A stretch of DNA of 64,000 bases from positions 62,001-126,000 of the forward strand of contig JBEWZL010000126.1 of NCBI GenBank assembly GCA_045837725.1, written 5' to 3'. This stretch comes from Vermamoeba vermiformis (taxonomy: Eukaryota). Of the stretch, positions 51,301-62,237 are shown in pieces (within the stretch, counting starts at the first letter, position 1; each line of letters begins with the position of its first letter). The position numbers and the translations under genes are program-made. The notes beneath the pieces were generated by a model. It saw nothing but the letters and a program-made list of their open reading frames with translations. It was not told where the DNA came from and did no database searches.

Positions 51301-52211
51301 TTCCTTGTTGAACACTCTGAACGGATGGCTTGAAGTAGATGTCGATCCCTGTACTACATTAGTTATGTGTCGCAAAAACAATACGTACAGTTGATCTGCT
51401 CCACTCTTCCGTCGTTCACTTGGGTAGAATTTTCATCAAATATCGCCGTACTGAATTGGATAGCTAGTTCTCGCCGCGAATCTACCAAATTTAACAAATC
51501 TTGTAACAATAGGGTAGCGTCTTGTTGTCCAGCTTGCACAATTGTTCGTACATTAGAATTGATAGCGAGAGTAGTTGCTAGTCTTTCAAACAGAACTGCA
51601 GCATCGACCGGTTGGCTTTGTTCAATGAATTTGAGTAAATACTCGTTGACTAGCATTGCAATCTCGGTAGTTGACTGTTCAAACAGTTGCCGTAGACACG
51701 GGACCTTTGCAATAAGTACCAAGCATACGTGCAGAAAACAACGAACACTTGGGTTAACAAACCCAAATTTAAACAGCGGAGACTATCGCAGAAAATTAGG
51801 ATTACACTGCACAAGATTATTATTCTTACCTCAAATTCAAATGGATATAATTGTATCTTTCCTATCTTATGCGAAGTAAAATTGCCTCTATTTTTTGGCT
51901 GGCTGTAAATTTGTTAGCACAGAAGACAGATCGACCGTCGAATTTTCTTACTTTAAAATGTTATTAATGATCGCAATAAATTCATCTTTTGCTATATTGC
52001 CGTGATATGCTTCGTAGACCCAGTGAATGTCGCCCATTGAGAGACCACGCTCATTTGTTTCGTGGAAGTGGATCAACGACTGCATGACATTTGGAGAAGC
52101 TATAAAACGTTGTAGATCGGTGTCTGAAGATACGACACATTAAAAATAAATTTTTAATAGCGCAAATAACATAGCCTTACCCGAAAAGACACGAACAAGC
52201 GACATCTGCAT
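48335..52211 (-). CDS. USP (C19) deubiquitinase + chromodomain-like + piggyBac DDD transposase with C-terminal Cys-rich domain (one spliced ORF; start uncertain)
   Basis: USP Cys box GFVNPSVRCFLHVCL..IAKVPCLR, GQQDA, PKLLLIRINRF, His box YGVIWHDG...GHY...WNNYNDAKV. Chromo-like LEQIKCIYK|DLWEWLIDWKNKKVQTNWICESDI. Transposase IFSRFLP..MVEDINRYA, MGRDRFEQI, TFDET..FLGR, IPSKPHPNG, IITDSKW, KPLIVQEY..TKGFVD, CxxC..CxxC..LCxxC..H. All junctions are in phase through GT-AG introns. Confidence 0.82.
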
Positions 52212-52459
52212 CCAAAAAAAATAGTACCTTAGTATTGGCTAAAAAATGTAGTAAATTACTCTAGAACGTCCAAATTTAATTGAGATTTTCGCCGTTTAGG
52301 TAAAATAAAAAATATGAAAATTCGATGACAAATTAGGATCGGGTTCATTTACCCTACTGAAGGCCGGCAATTGGTGGTATCTTGCAACAACATAAGCATC
52401 GAACTGGTTCAAAACAGAAAATGGCGAATTACTGCAGAAAAAGCACGTGAGTATTTATT

Positions 52460-55286
52460 TCAAGGAATTCCATCGAGATCACTCAGCTGGTTGAAAGCGG
52501 CAATGAATGCATTGGGATCGAACTCAGGAACTTCAAAAAGTCCAAGCGAGCAAAGCAACACTTCATAATGGAGCTGTAGGTACTGTAGCACCAGATCCAG
52601 TGGCTGCTCGCCAAATATTGTCGCCATAGCAAGCCCGCCTGCGTCACTTAACTCTAACTCATCCACGACACCGGCAACTCGTTGGTACAATTCGCAAACT
52701 TGGACCAGCAATGGATCTGCGAAACTCAGTGTCAACAAAGTGCATGATAAAAATGACTCCTCTTACTGATCGTTGGTACTGAATGAGCCAAGGGGTGTTC
52801 GCGTAGGAATTTATGACGATTGAATAGCTCAAATGTGTAGAACGGCTCGACGGAGAATTCAGTGTATGCATCCAGGTTCACTCGACGAACAAACCACGTG
52901 CCTAATGAATCATTACACAAATTGACACAGTGCGAAAGTTGCTTACCGATGAATTGGAAGACATCTTCTTGATATTCAACCGCAATTTCGAGAGGAAGAC
53001 AGTGATAACAATTGAGCCGCACCATGTCATTCCTTGCTGAATCTGCCCCGCGATTGACGACAAATGAGCCATCAATCATCGTGCCGCCCGCCCCACCAAC
53101 TGTTATAACCCCCTCGCGCCAATTACTCCAATTATTACCAGGGAAATTTTTCCGAAGTAACATCGACGTACAACCTGGAGTGAATTAATCCATCGCGCCG
53201 TTTAATTTGCAGAATTGGAATTACCTATTTGACTGAGGCCATTAAAGGAGGAGTCTATTGTTAAGCCACCAGTAAATTCTGCTTTGGCCAAATCGAACTT
53301 GGAATACAGCTCCCCAACCTGAGCTTTCGTTATTTTGATTGAAGTGATTAAACGTCAAGATTGTCACTTACTTTAAGATGTTTTCTCGGGCCGAAGATAC
53401 ATGATTTACCAACGGCACATTCATGCAACTGCTCGATGAGCAAAACTTTGCAAGACGCACAATACAACAGTTGATTGTTGTGCAAAAGCAAGTGAGCAAA
53501 CGCCCAACAACCTCCGGTGGGGAAAAATATATCAATCAAAGGCTTAATAGGTTCCGTATTCCGAGCCAGTCCACTGCGCGAGAGTTTTCGTTTCTTGGCA
53601 TTTGTCGAAGGCCGCAGTGCTCGCCTCCACTGCATTAGCTTTTGTTTGTTGGTTGTCCAGGTCGACAAAGAATAACCAAGAGTTGTATTTGCCTCTATAA
53701 AATAATTAGTGGAAGTACAGACCAAATATTAACAGCTTACCACAGTTGCGTTTCTCGGACTCGTAAATGTTTACATCTACATTACGAATTGTCGCCACCC
53801 AACGTATAAATCTGGAATATACACCGACTACTCGATGTTTCAAGTATGATTGCATTCGTTTTGGTTGTAAAAGCATCATATTGTCCACGAGCGGAATGTC
53901 AACATCCCCTAAGCACAATGCATTAGAAATTAATTGTTGCGTAAACGGTAACGCACTCACGAGTCCCAGTCTGCGAACGCTCCTGCACCACAAAGCGCCA
54001 CCCCGGTGGGGCATCACAGTTAGCCACCAATTCATCTGGATCTACGAAACCAGAGACCGTAAACACAACAACGTCTCTTGCATTGCCCAAGTACTTGTCA
54101 TCTAATTGATAAAATAAATACAAATGCAATAACAATAGTTTGTTGCGTACTATCAGCATGCGATCCCATGGCGGGGAATACTTCTCGGTTATTTGCCCGA
54201 GCTAGTTCTATGTCATCCTCCGATAAAGGCGGATAGGCAGTAAACATTACACAAGTTGAGTGACTGCAAAAGTAGCCAAAGTCGCGTAGTTTTCGGAATA
54301 GTAGCTGGATGCACTCGGGTGTTTGATTCGTAGAATCACGGTAGAAATTGCTTCATAGTAGTTGTTAGAATAAATAAAATTGATATATTGAATCATACTT
54401 ATAGGAGATACCGGTGCCTGTATTTCCGTACACTGCATACAGCCGTTTGGTAACTGCAGTCAACCGTTCATTGATCTTGCCCTCTGGTGAGAACAAAATG
54501 TCTTGGAACAGCGAGGATTTAAAGGATGAGTATTCAGACTCGTCAAAAAACTGGTGATAGACCAGAATATCAACGCCGAAAGCTGAGACCATTTCCGTAG
54601 CCCTGTGTCACGAGATCATTATAATTAACCCCACTGACGGTAATCTTACTTACGCAGGTAATTCAGTATGCGTACTCTCCTCAATCAATTGTTCAAAGCA
54701 AGTAATAGGCTCGGAGTCAATAAAGGCGGTATCATTAAGGGTGTCGTAGATCGGTGAATCTAAAATTGTGACATTAGATTTAATTGCTCAATACTATTTA
54801 TCGATAAATACTTACCAATTTCAATTGGTTTTGTACAAATCAGGCTGCAGTTCCAAGTTAAAGAGTAGAACCGCTCTAAAACGCCATCTGAATTTTTCAC
54901 CTTCAAATCGCCAGCAATTATCTGCTTTACGAACTCCTCAAGCTTGCCGTAGGGCATTGTAATATTGGGCTCCTCTGCTAAAAGGGTCGAGATTACCGCC
55001 CTAAAAACTAGCCGTTACTAATTAAGTTAATTTAATTAATTAAAATTTTAATTTACGCAACAAATTCCCAAAACTAATAAGAAATAAATACGTACCTTAG
55101 AGGAATATTTTTCTTATTTTCTGGATCAATTTTGAATAAACGCCGAAAGGCTGCACCAACGATCTTGTTTTGGCTGGTGGCGGACAAGCTAACCACCCTA
55201 TAGTCATGGCGGACGCTAGACCGGTCAACAGAATTGTCCGGTCCGCATTCCACAACTCTAGTGTGCACATGTGTTGTCGCCTCCAT
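52460..55286 (-). CDS. AlkB-family 2OG-Fe(II) dioxygenase fused to a divergent SRA/YDG domain (transposon cargo; start uncertain)
   Basis: Spliced sequence KRLYAVYGNTGTGISY...TPECIQLL...CVMFTAY...MGSHAD (54152-54160)...LG...WRFVV...IPLVDNMMLLQPKRMQSYLKH...RWVATIR gives HxD...H...RxxxxxR. Then NLS KKRK, CxxC..HxC, and SRA-like FGPRKHLKVGELY...GL...GCTSMLL...TVGGAGG...NDMVRLNC..LPLEI...FIGTWFV...YTFEL. TGA at 52460 is followed by AATAAA. Confidence 0.75.
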
Positions 55287-55790
55287 CCAGAAACAGATAA
55301 ATGGAAAAATTCGGGACTGTATTTTTGTCTACAAGATTTTACTCATACACACAACGATGGGTATAAATAATTCAACGTTGCGTATGCCAAATTATGGAAA
55401 ACACCATCTTACAACGGCAGATTTAGTGATCCTCACCCGATCTCCGCACCACCCTTCGCCATAAATTACTGTAAGCTTAGAATAATTAAAATACCCTACC
55501 AAAAAATCAATGTTGCTAATAACCCGCTAAAATAATTGTCCCTTCAATATTTATAAATTTTTTTTCGTGCGCCGGGATCAAAGGGATATTAGAAATCAAA
55601 ATTGCATTGAACGATCTCAGTCCGAAGATACTACCTTCAATATCTTGTTCCTATAATAATAAAACATTGTTAATAAGGTGAACTATTCATTTGATATTAA
55701 GGAACGTACCTTTGAAGACTCCATTTCTTTGATTCTCTTGATCGTCTATTGTTCCTCCAACAAACTGCGAGACCAAATATATATTCAATC

Positions 55791-55840
55791 CAACACGGCG
55801 TTCACAAGTGACCAACACGGCGAAAAGATTCGCAACACGG
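55791..55840. promoter_or_regulatory. Three copies of CAACACGG upstream of the DUF3638 copy B start
   Basis: CAACACGG at 55791, 55813 and 55833, about 70-115 bp upstream of the ATG at 55724. Confidence 0.35.
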
Positions 55841-56230
55841 TCAAAAATTAGCAAGTTTAGTTGTGAACTACGTGGGTTTTTCCGTCCATTAATTTATTTC
55901 TGCAATTATCTTCCGCGCAGTAAGTAATTCAGTGGTAAGATTTATCGAATCTGAAATGTAATGGTTAGACCGAATAGCTGCAAACAGGCATTTTTAAATA
56001 TTCTTTTCTTATACCAGCTGCTGAGCCATCCTTACATTTTTTAATAAAAGAACTCTGAGTTTTTGATTTATTTGTTAAATTGGATGTAAGATGAGATGGC
56101 CTTCTTTGGACAAGTTTGTTGGAATATTCCATAACTAATGTATCAACCTCCTCTGCATGTTGTTGTGTTGCTGAAATAAACATAATAGCATGTTGGCACA
56201 AAACAAGGACCGGGCACGATCAGGACGATT

Positions 56231-59103
56231 TCACCAGTCTTCATGAGAAATGCGCATTGAGTTCTTTGCTTGGTTGTACCGATTTTCTATATTTCTTGAG
56301 TGTTTGATGTACTTCATCTCTTCTTTCAGCGGTATTGTGTGACTCAAGTCGACTTCATTAATACCAATGCTAACGACTACTAGCTCATTGATAAGGCCAA
56401 GATTCTTGTAAGCAGTGATCTATTATCGTGTTAAAAGGTGTAGCAATCGTTCAACGTAACACTTCGTACCTTATGGTGTCCATCAATAATAAACAGCTCT
56501 ACGTTCGAACTGATAGCCAAGGCAGCAGGTCGGCATCCGCTTCGGATCCTCTCCGTGTAGTATTCGACCCGCTCCTCGCTCAACAAGTCAGAGGGTTGTG
56601 TGAAGTACACGAGCGGATAGAACGGAAACTCCGCTGAAAATAATAAGTTAAAACCAACAGGTTGGACAATACAAAGTTTGACGTACTTTCAAGATTTGTA
56701 AAATCCGTAGTAGACGAGTATTCGAACAGCCTATAGTCTCCTCGACTTCGAACTTCAACGTCGTAATACCCTGACGAAAGACACTTCATGAAAGGCAGCA
56801 AGGTGTCGACAAGACTGTCAAATTCGATAATTCCGCTGTTTAGCGTATCCTCTGATCAGTAGTATTAGTATCAATCATAAGAGACGATATTCTACGTACC
56901 AATCTTCTTCACAGCACCTTCTATACTATCTCGTGAAAGCGACTGACACCTCGCGATGCAACGGTAGACTGAACCGCAGAATTGAGGCCAAGTTGACATA
57001 ATTGGCTGCAACAATGTTATTTACGTCACTAGGATGAATGAATGGCCACTACTTACCTCGCCATTGAGCTTGAGTCCAGTTAAAAAGCCATTTTCTAGTA
57101 CGAGCAACCCTTCACCGTCATCCAGACGCACCACTTGCCAGAATTGAGGCCGCTTTTTCAGCCGACCAACAATATGAGACTTTTGAATTGAACGAAATGG
57201 GTTTGAACAATTTGGAACTGCTTGCGGGTGTCCCTGCCACAAAGTCTTTGCTGTTATCACCCTGAACCAACTTTTTGACACCGAAGCAACCTGACACGCC
57301 TCATTGAAGGACAGATATCCGAACGTTAGCTTTACGATTTCTTGAGGGAGATTTGAGAACATTCCCAAATCGTATTCGGCAGTGTTTTTCCGCAGCTGGG
57401 ATGACAGCCGATAATCCTAAAATAATTGGGTTAAAATCGCATAATATGATCGTCTTTTGATTACTTCTGGTAGTAGATTGCAACTCGCGACCAATTTCAT
57501 CAATCGCCCTCCACTTTTAATCGGCGCGTCCAACAGCATACGGACTTCTTCTGATGAGAAATTTTTAACTAAATGTCGCCAGATTGCCCGTATATTCGAC
57601 TCTAGTCTGTAAAAGTCCCATTGATTGTCCTTAATGTCGATTTGTTTTTGCAGGTCCTCGCAACTTCTGAAAAACTTTTCGATTGGCGTCATTGTTTCTT
57701 GTTTGTCCTCGATCTCATATACACGTTCAGTCAACAGAGAAGCGACAACGTCTTGCTAAAATAGAGGTAAATCAATAAAGGAAAATATCAGTAACCCACA
57801 GACCTACCTTCGAAACAAAAGGCCACATCGTCACAACGCCAGCATATTTTTCAGCGCTTAAAACGTCAGCAATGACCCGTCGGTCAAACTCAGAATCAAC
57901 GGGCATTTTTGCCTTGAATCTATTGTACGATTAGAACATGCGTATTCTCGCTGTATTGAACATACTCGAACAGTTTTTTCAAAACATTGGTTTCCTGGCT
58001 AGACGCAGCAATTCCAAACACAGTTATCCCGTCCTGAATTGGTTCTCCGCCCTTCATATTTCGTGTTGTTGCTTTGATATCAAGCTCCGCATTAATCAAC
58101 TTGTCAATGTCGCAGTAGTCATAAACAGCAGCGTAGAAGATAACTAAGCAATGGCCATTAATTAGCGACTCATATCGTCTCTATCGTGCTTACTTGCCTG
58201 GATTGCCATGGATATCTTTTCCGTTAACATCTGCCCCACGTGACAAAAGATAGTCCACACAAGGCTTTTTCTTGTTCCACGATGTGAAAGCACGCTGCAG
58301 TGGCAATTTACTACCAACCCTATCGTTGACCGACATACCTCGATCTTCAATCAAGTATCGCAAAATGTCAACGCTGTATTTGCAAGCTAATTTTAGAACT
58401 TGATCCATTTGAGGATGCTGTGAAAAGGAACTGAGACACATGTAGGTACCAATAATTTCTTACCTTGCTGTGTTGCAACATCTCCTTAAAATAGTTCAAT
58501 GCGTTTTTTCGAATGGCAAGTTCAATGGGACTCTCGTGATGATGGTAATGATAATTAGCGCCTTGCGGATTTGGAGCGAACGGATCTACCGCACTCGGAT
58601 GGGTCAAGAACATTCGCAGCTGCTCTGCTGTCAACTGTTTTGACATTGCAGCTATAGAAATATAAGGCTGCTGTTCTGCAGCGAAATTAGGTCTTTCATT
58701 TTGAAAAAAGATACTTACGAGGATCAAAGGTAGCTTTGAATTTGAGTAGGACACGCAGCAGCGCTCCATCGCTCGGATCTCCTTTTTGACAGAGTGACGA
58801 AATAGGATCGGCATAACCTTGTGGAGTTAATATTGATTTCATATGTTGACAGACGCGCTCGGAAGGATTATTCCAGTCATACAATAAATATTTCTGAATT
58901 TTTTCTTGGGTATTTTTGTTGATCCAATTAATTAGGGTCTTTTGGTTTTGCCTGCAGACCCACTCTTCGATTGTAGGCTCTTCGCATTTTTTTTCTGGCT
59001 TAATTTTTATATCCGAAGGATCAACTAAGTCGTCGCCAAAATCAAACGGGTTGTCTTCTTCCATTGCGGGCTGGCCGAAATTGTTTTTCTTGTCTGTGTT
59101 CAT
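56231..59103 (-). CDS. Ankyrin repeats + F-box + ParB/Srx-like (IIDGHHK) protein, paralog B
   Basis: Ankyrin LACKYSVDILRYLIEDRGMSVN, CVDYLLSRGADVNGKDIHGN; F-box FSNLPQEIVKLTFGYLSF; YFTQPSDLL..RVEYY..IRSGCRPAALAI..FIIDGHHK|ITAYKNLG. Exon structure is colinear with 24672-27772; TGA at 56231-56233. Confidence 0.78.
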
Positions 59104-59237
59104 TTTACTCCTTGATGTTGTTGCGACGCCTCACAACATTATTTTCAAGCGGTAATAGTACTCGGTGTATTACTATTACACGAAAATCAACACAAGCACC
59201 ATCGTTATTTAAGAGAAGTTATAGATACGCTGCTCAC

Positions 59238-61026
59238 ATGGCTCAAACTGGCGTTGCAAGTCTAATTAACGCTCGCTGGGTCATCCCTATAGTGCCTGAG
59301 AATAAGGTGCTCGAGAACCATACCATTGCTGTCGACAATGCAGGTAAAATCACGAACTAATCTCTCAAGATCCATTCCTTTAATTTAGAAAATTCGACTA
59401 TCATTCTATTTATTCTCCAAATAATATTGTATGTTATAGAGTCCGTTGTATTATAATTTTAAATTGCGGCTCTATTTTTAAAAATACGCTATCCGCTTAG
59501 ATCTTTATTTTCGTGCTAATTATCTTCATAATTATTAGGAGATATCGTCGATGTTTTGCCGATCGAAGAAGCTAAAAAGAAGTATTTGAATGTTCCTAAC
59601 ATCGTGGATCGACCACACCACATCATAATGCCTGGTCTCATCAACATGCACTCCCACAGCCCGATGGTAAGAATTGATGAATAGCAATAACGGAATTGAA
59701 AGAAATATTCGGGAATTGTCGAAACACGATCTGATCTCGTTTGTAGGTTTTACTTCGCGGCTTTGCGGACGATATGCAATTGATGGATTGGCTCAATAAC
59801 AAGATCATGCCCGCTGAACAAAAGTGGGTCACACCTGAGTTCACCAAGGACGGCACCACTCTCGCTGCCGCTGAAATGATTCGCAGTGGTACCACGTGCT
59901 TCAATGACATGTATTTCTTCCCCGAAGCCTCGTACGTGATATAATTATCCATTGTCATGACCATTAACGTTAATTTTTTAGCGCTGAGGCCATTGAGCGT
60001 ATTGGCATGCGTGCTGCTTTTGCTACTGTTATCTTGAAGTTCCCGTCAATGTACAGTGACACTCTCGACGGCTACTTCACTAAGGCACGTGACTTAGGGG
60101 TATAATGATTTGACACTAATCACTTGTAAAGGCCCAACAACTGATCAAACAATACAAAAATCACCCACGTATTCAAATTACTTTGGGCCCTCATGCCCCT
60201 TACACCGTCAATGACGCCCAATTTGAACGTGTCGTGAAGATGGCGCACGAAAACAACGTTAAGATTCACTTGCACTTGCACGAAACTGCCGCTGAAGTCG
60301 AAGGCGGATTGAAGGAGAACAACCAACGCCCGTTCGCTCGTATGGAGAAGTTGGGCGTTATTAATCCCAATTTGATTGCTGTACACTGCACTCAATTGAC
60401 TGATGAAGAGATTGCTTCGCTCGCCAAGCACCATTGCTCCGTCGCGCACTGCCCTGAATCAAACGCCAAGTTGGCTAGCGGCTACTGCCCCGTGCCTAAA
60501 TTGACTCAACAAGGCGCCAACGTATGCCTCGGTACTGACGGTGCTGCCTCGAACAACGATTTGGACATGTTTGTAGAGATGCGCACATCTGCCTTGTTCG
60601 GTAAGTTCTAGTTGTTATGACCGAACTATTACTATTACTATTACTACGTCCTATGCATATACAAACGTTTAACATGTTCGTTTAGCCAAGTACTTCACTA
60701 TGGACGCTAAGGCCGCTGACGCGTTCTCTGTGTTGAAGATGGCAACTATTAACGGTGCCAAAGCCTTGGGCCTCGAGAAACGTATTGGCTCACTGGAAGC
60801 TGGCAAAGAAGCCGACATGATCTCCATTAACCTCAACACAATTGAGACCGTGCCGATGTACAACCCCCTCTCACACTTGGTCTACTGCTCTGGTCGCGAA
60901 TCCGTCAACGACGTCTGGGTCGCTGGCAAGCAATTGATGGAACACAGAAAACTGCTAACTATCGATGAAGCACAAGTTATGGCTAATGCTCGTGCCTGGG
61001 CTGAAAAGATCGCTAAAGACCACTAA
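59238..61026 (+). CDS. Amidohydrolase, 5'-methylthioadenosine/S-adenosylhomocysteine deaminase-like (TRZ/ATZ family)
   Basis: MPGLINMHSHSPM, AEMIRSGTTCFNDMYFFP, PHAPYTV, HLHET, AVHCTQL, HCPESNAKLASG, LGTDGAASNNDLDM, MATINGAKALG, GSLEAGKEAD. Confidence 0.92.
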
Positions 61027-61199
61027 ACATTTGTAATAAACTCGTCATTCAAATTTCTCAAAGTATGTCTGACAGATGTGCAACAAGAATTGCGAAAAGA
61101 ATACATTTAAGGCCCTATACTCTTAGTATAGAGTCTGGCTTTATTACATACTATAAATGAACTTAGTTTCACGAACAATAGCAAAATTCTTGAAACATC

Positions 61200-61809
61200 T
61201 TATTTGTTGGCAACGATGGTTTCTTCGAGCTTGGCAGCGTTGGCACCTATTTAATAGTACGATTAATATTTGATCTACCGCAGCAAATAATCAGATCGAA
61301 AATAGAAAAAATTTTCAATTTTCAAGCTGGGCTTATCGCGATAGTCTTTAAGACCTACCCTTGAATTCAGCAACCTTAGCTCCGTTCTTGAAAAATTGGA
61401 AGGTGGGCATAGCAGTGATACCGCAAGCAGCAGCGACGTCTTCAGCCTCATCAACATCAACCTTGAAGCAGGCAATGTCGGTGAATTTCTTGGACATCTC
61501 CTCAAATTTGGGAGAAATCATCTTGCAAGGACCGCACTATAGGACAATTATTAGTACGTATTAACAAAAACAAATCCGATGAAGGAAAACTTTCTACCAA
61601 ATTATTCTATTCGCGCAAAAATATTCGATTTATCCCAGATTATTTTTTCATGTCGGGAGCAAGTTGGTACTGTGCCTAATAGTCACGTAAAGTGACGTAA
61701 ATTTTAAATTACTTACCCAAGTGGCGCTAAAGTCAATGACGACGAGCTTGTCCTTGTTGGCAGCAAGAGCGTTGTCGAATTCGGCCTTGTTCTTAATTTC
61801 GTGGACCAT
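61200..61809 (-). CDS. TRX: Thioredoxin
   Basis: Three exons: MVHEIK...VIDFSATW|CGPCKMISP...KVDVDE...AMPTFQFFKNG|GANAAKLE; WCGPC is split by intron 1. Confidence 0.95.
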
Positions 61810-62237
61810 TGTGGTATGTGTTGTTGTCTTGAGTTTTGATTTTGGACTGAGGAATGGAAAATTGCGCGCTTTTGTTGATCTTCCGACCACGTGCGGCTTC
61901 TAGAAACTTGACTAGTTTTGGTTCTCTTCCCGAGAGCGCCGAGTTATTCTAATTATACCGAAGCACCGAAGAAGCCACGAGAGGGATCTTAAATCACGGT
62001 GGGTGTTCTAGTCGCGCGAGGTTAAACAAATCCAATTTCGGACATCCGCGGCTCGGTTCTATTGCAAACTAGAATACCGAAGACTGTTTTTATTTACAAA
62101 ATATTGCTATTGTATTTGTACATTACTATAAGCGTCTCTAAGAGGAACGTGAAAGCTCCACGAATACCAAAAAATATTTTACAATAATAGGACGATACGG
62201 TCCCGTAGAATAGACGACTGGTTATTACAACATGACA

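Larger units (their letters stand above)
47681..55585 (-). mobile_element. piggyBac-superfamily DNA transposon, 7,905 bp, with cargo; ATAT target-site duplication
   Basis: ATAT at 47677-47680 and 55586-55589. Ends CCCTTTTCAGCCGGC and (reverse complement) CCCTTTGATCCCGGC, 11/15 identical. Removing the element restores a 64-nt intron, against 57 nt for the homologous intron in copy A. Contains a piggyBac-type transposase. Confidence 0.9.
37998..55724 (-). pseudogene. DUF3638/DUF3645 protein, copy B, interrupted by a piggyBac in intron 2; two 1-nt frameshifts and a nonsense codon
   Basis: Same motifs as copy A. Micro-exons MESSK (55724-55710) and EQDIE (~55650-55635) lie beyond the transposon; exon 3 resumes at 47661. 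Frameshifts near 40416 and 38903; CGA>TGA at 38565-38567 relative to copy A. Confidence 0.85.

Noticed and set aside
52213-52221. Apparent frameshift in an A/T homopolymer in the transposon ORF
   Set aside because: An alternative acceptor (TTTTTTAG near 52240) or the ATG at 52211 keeps the frame without invoking an error.
52350-52375. Internal TIR-like sequence CCCTACTGAAGGCCGGC as an alternative left-type end of a nested element
   Set aside because: Weak match, no ATAT/TTAA beside it, and it lies in a plausible exon.
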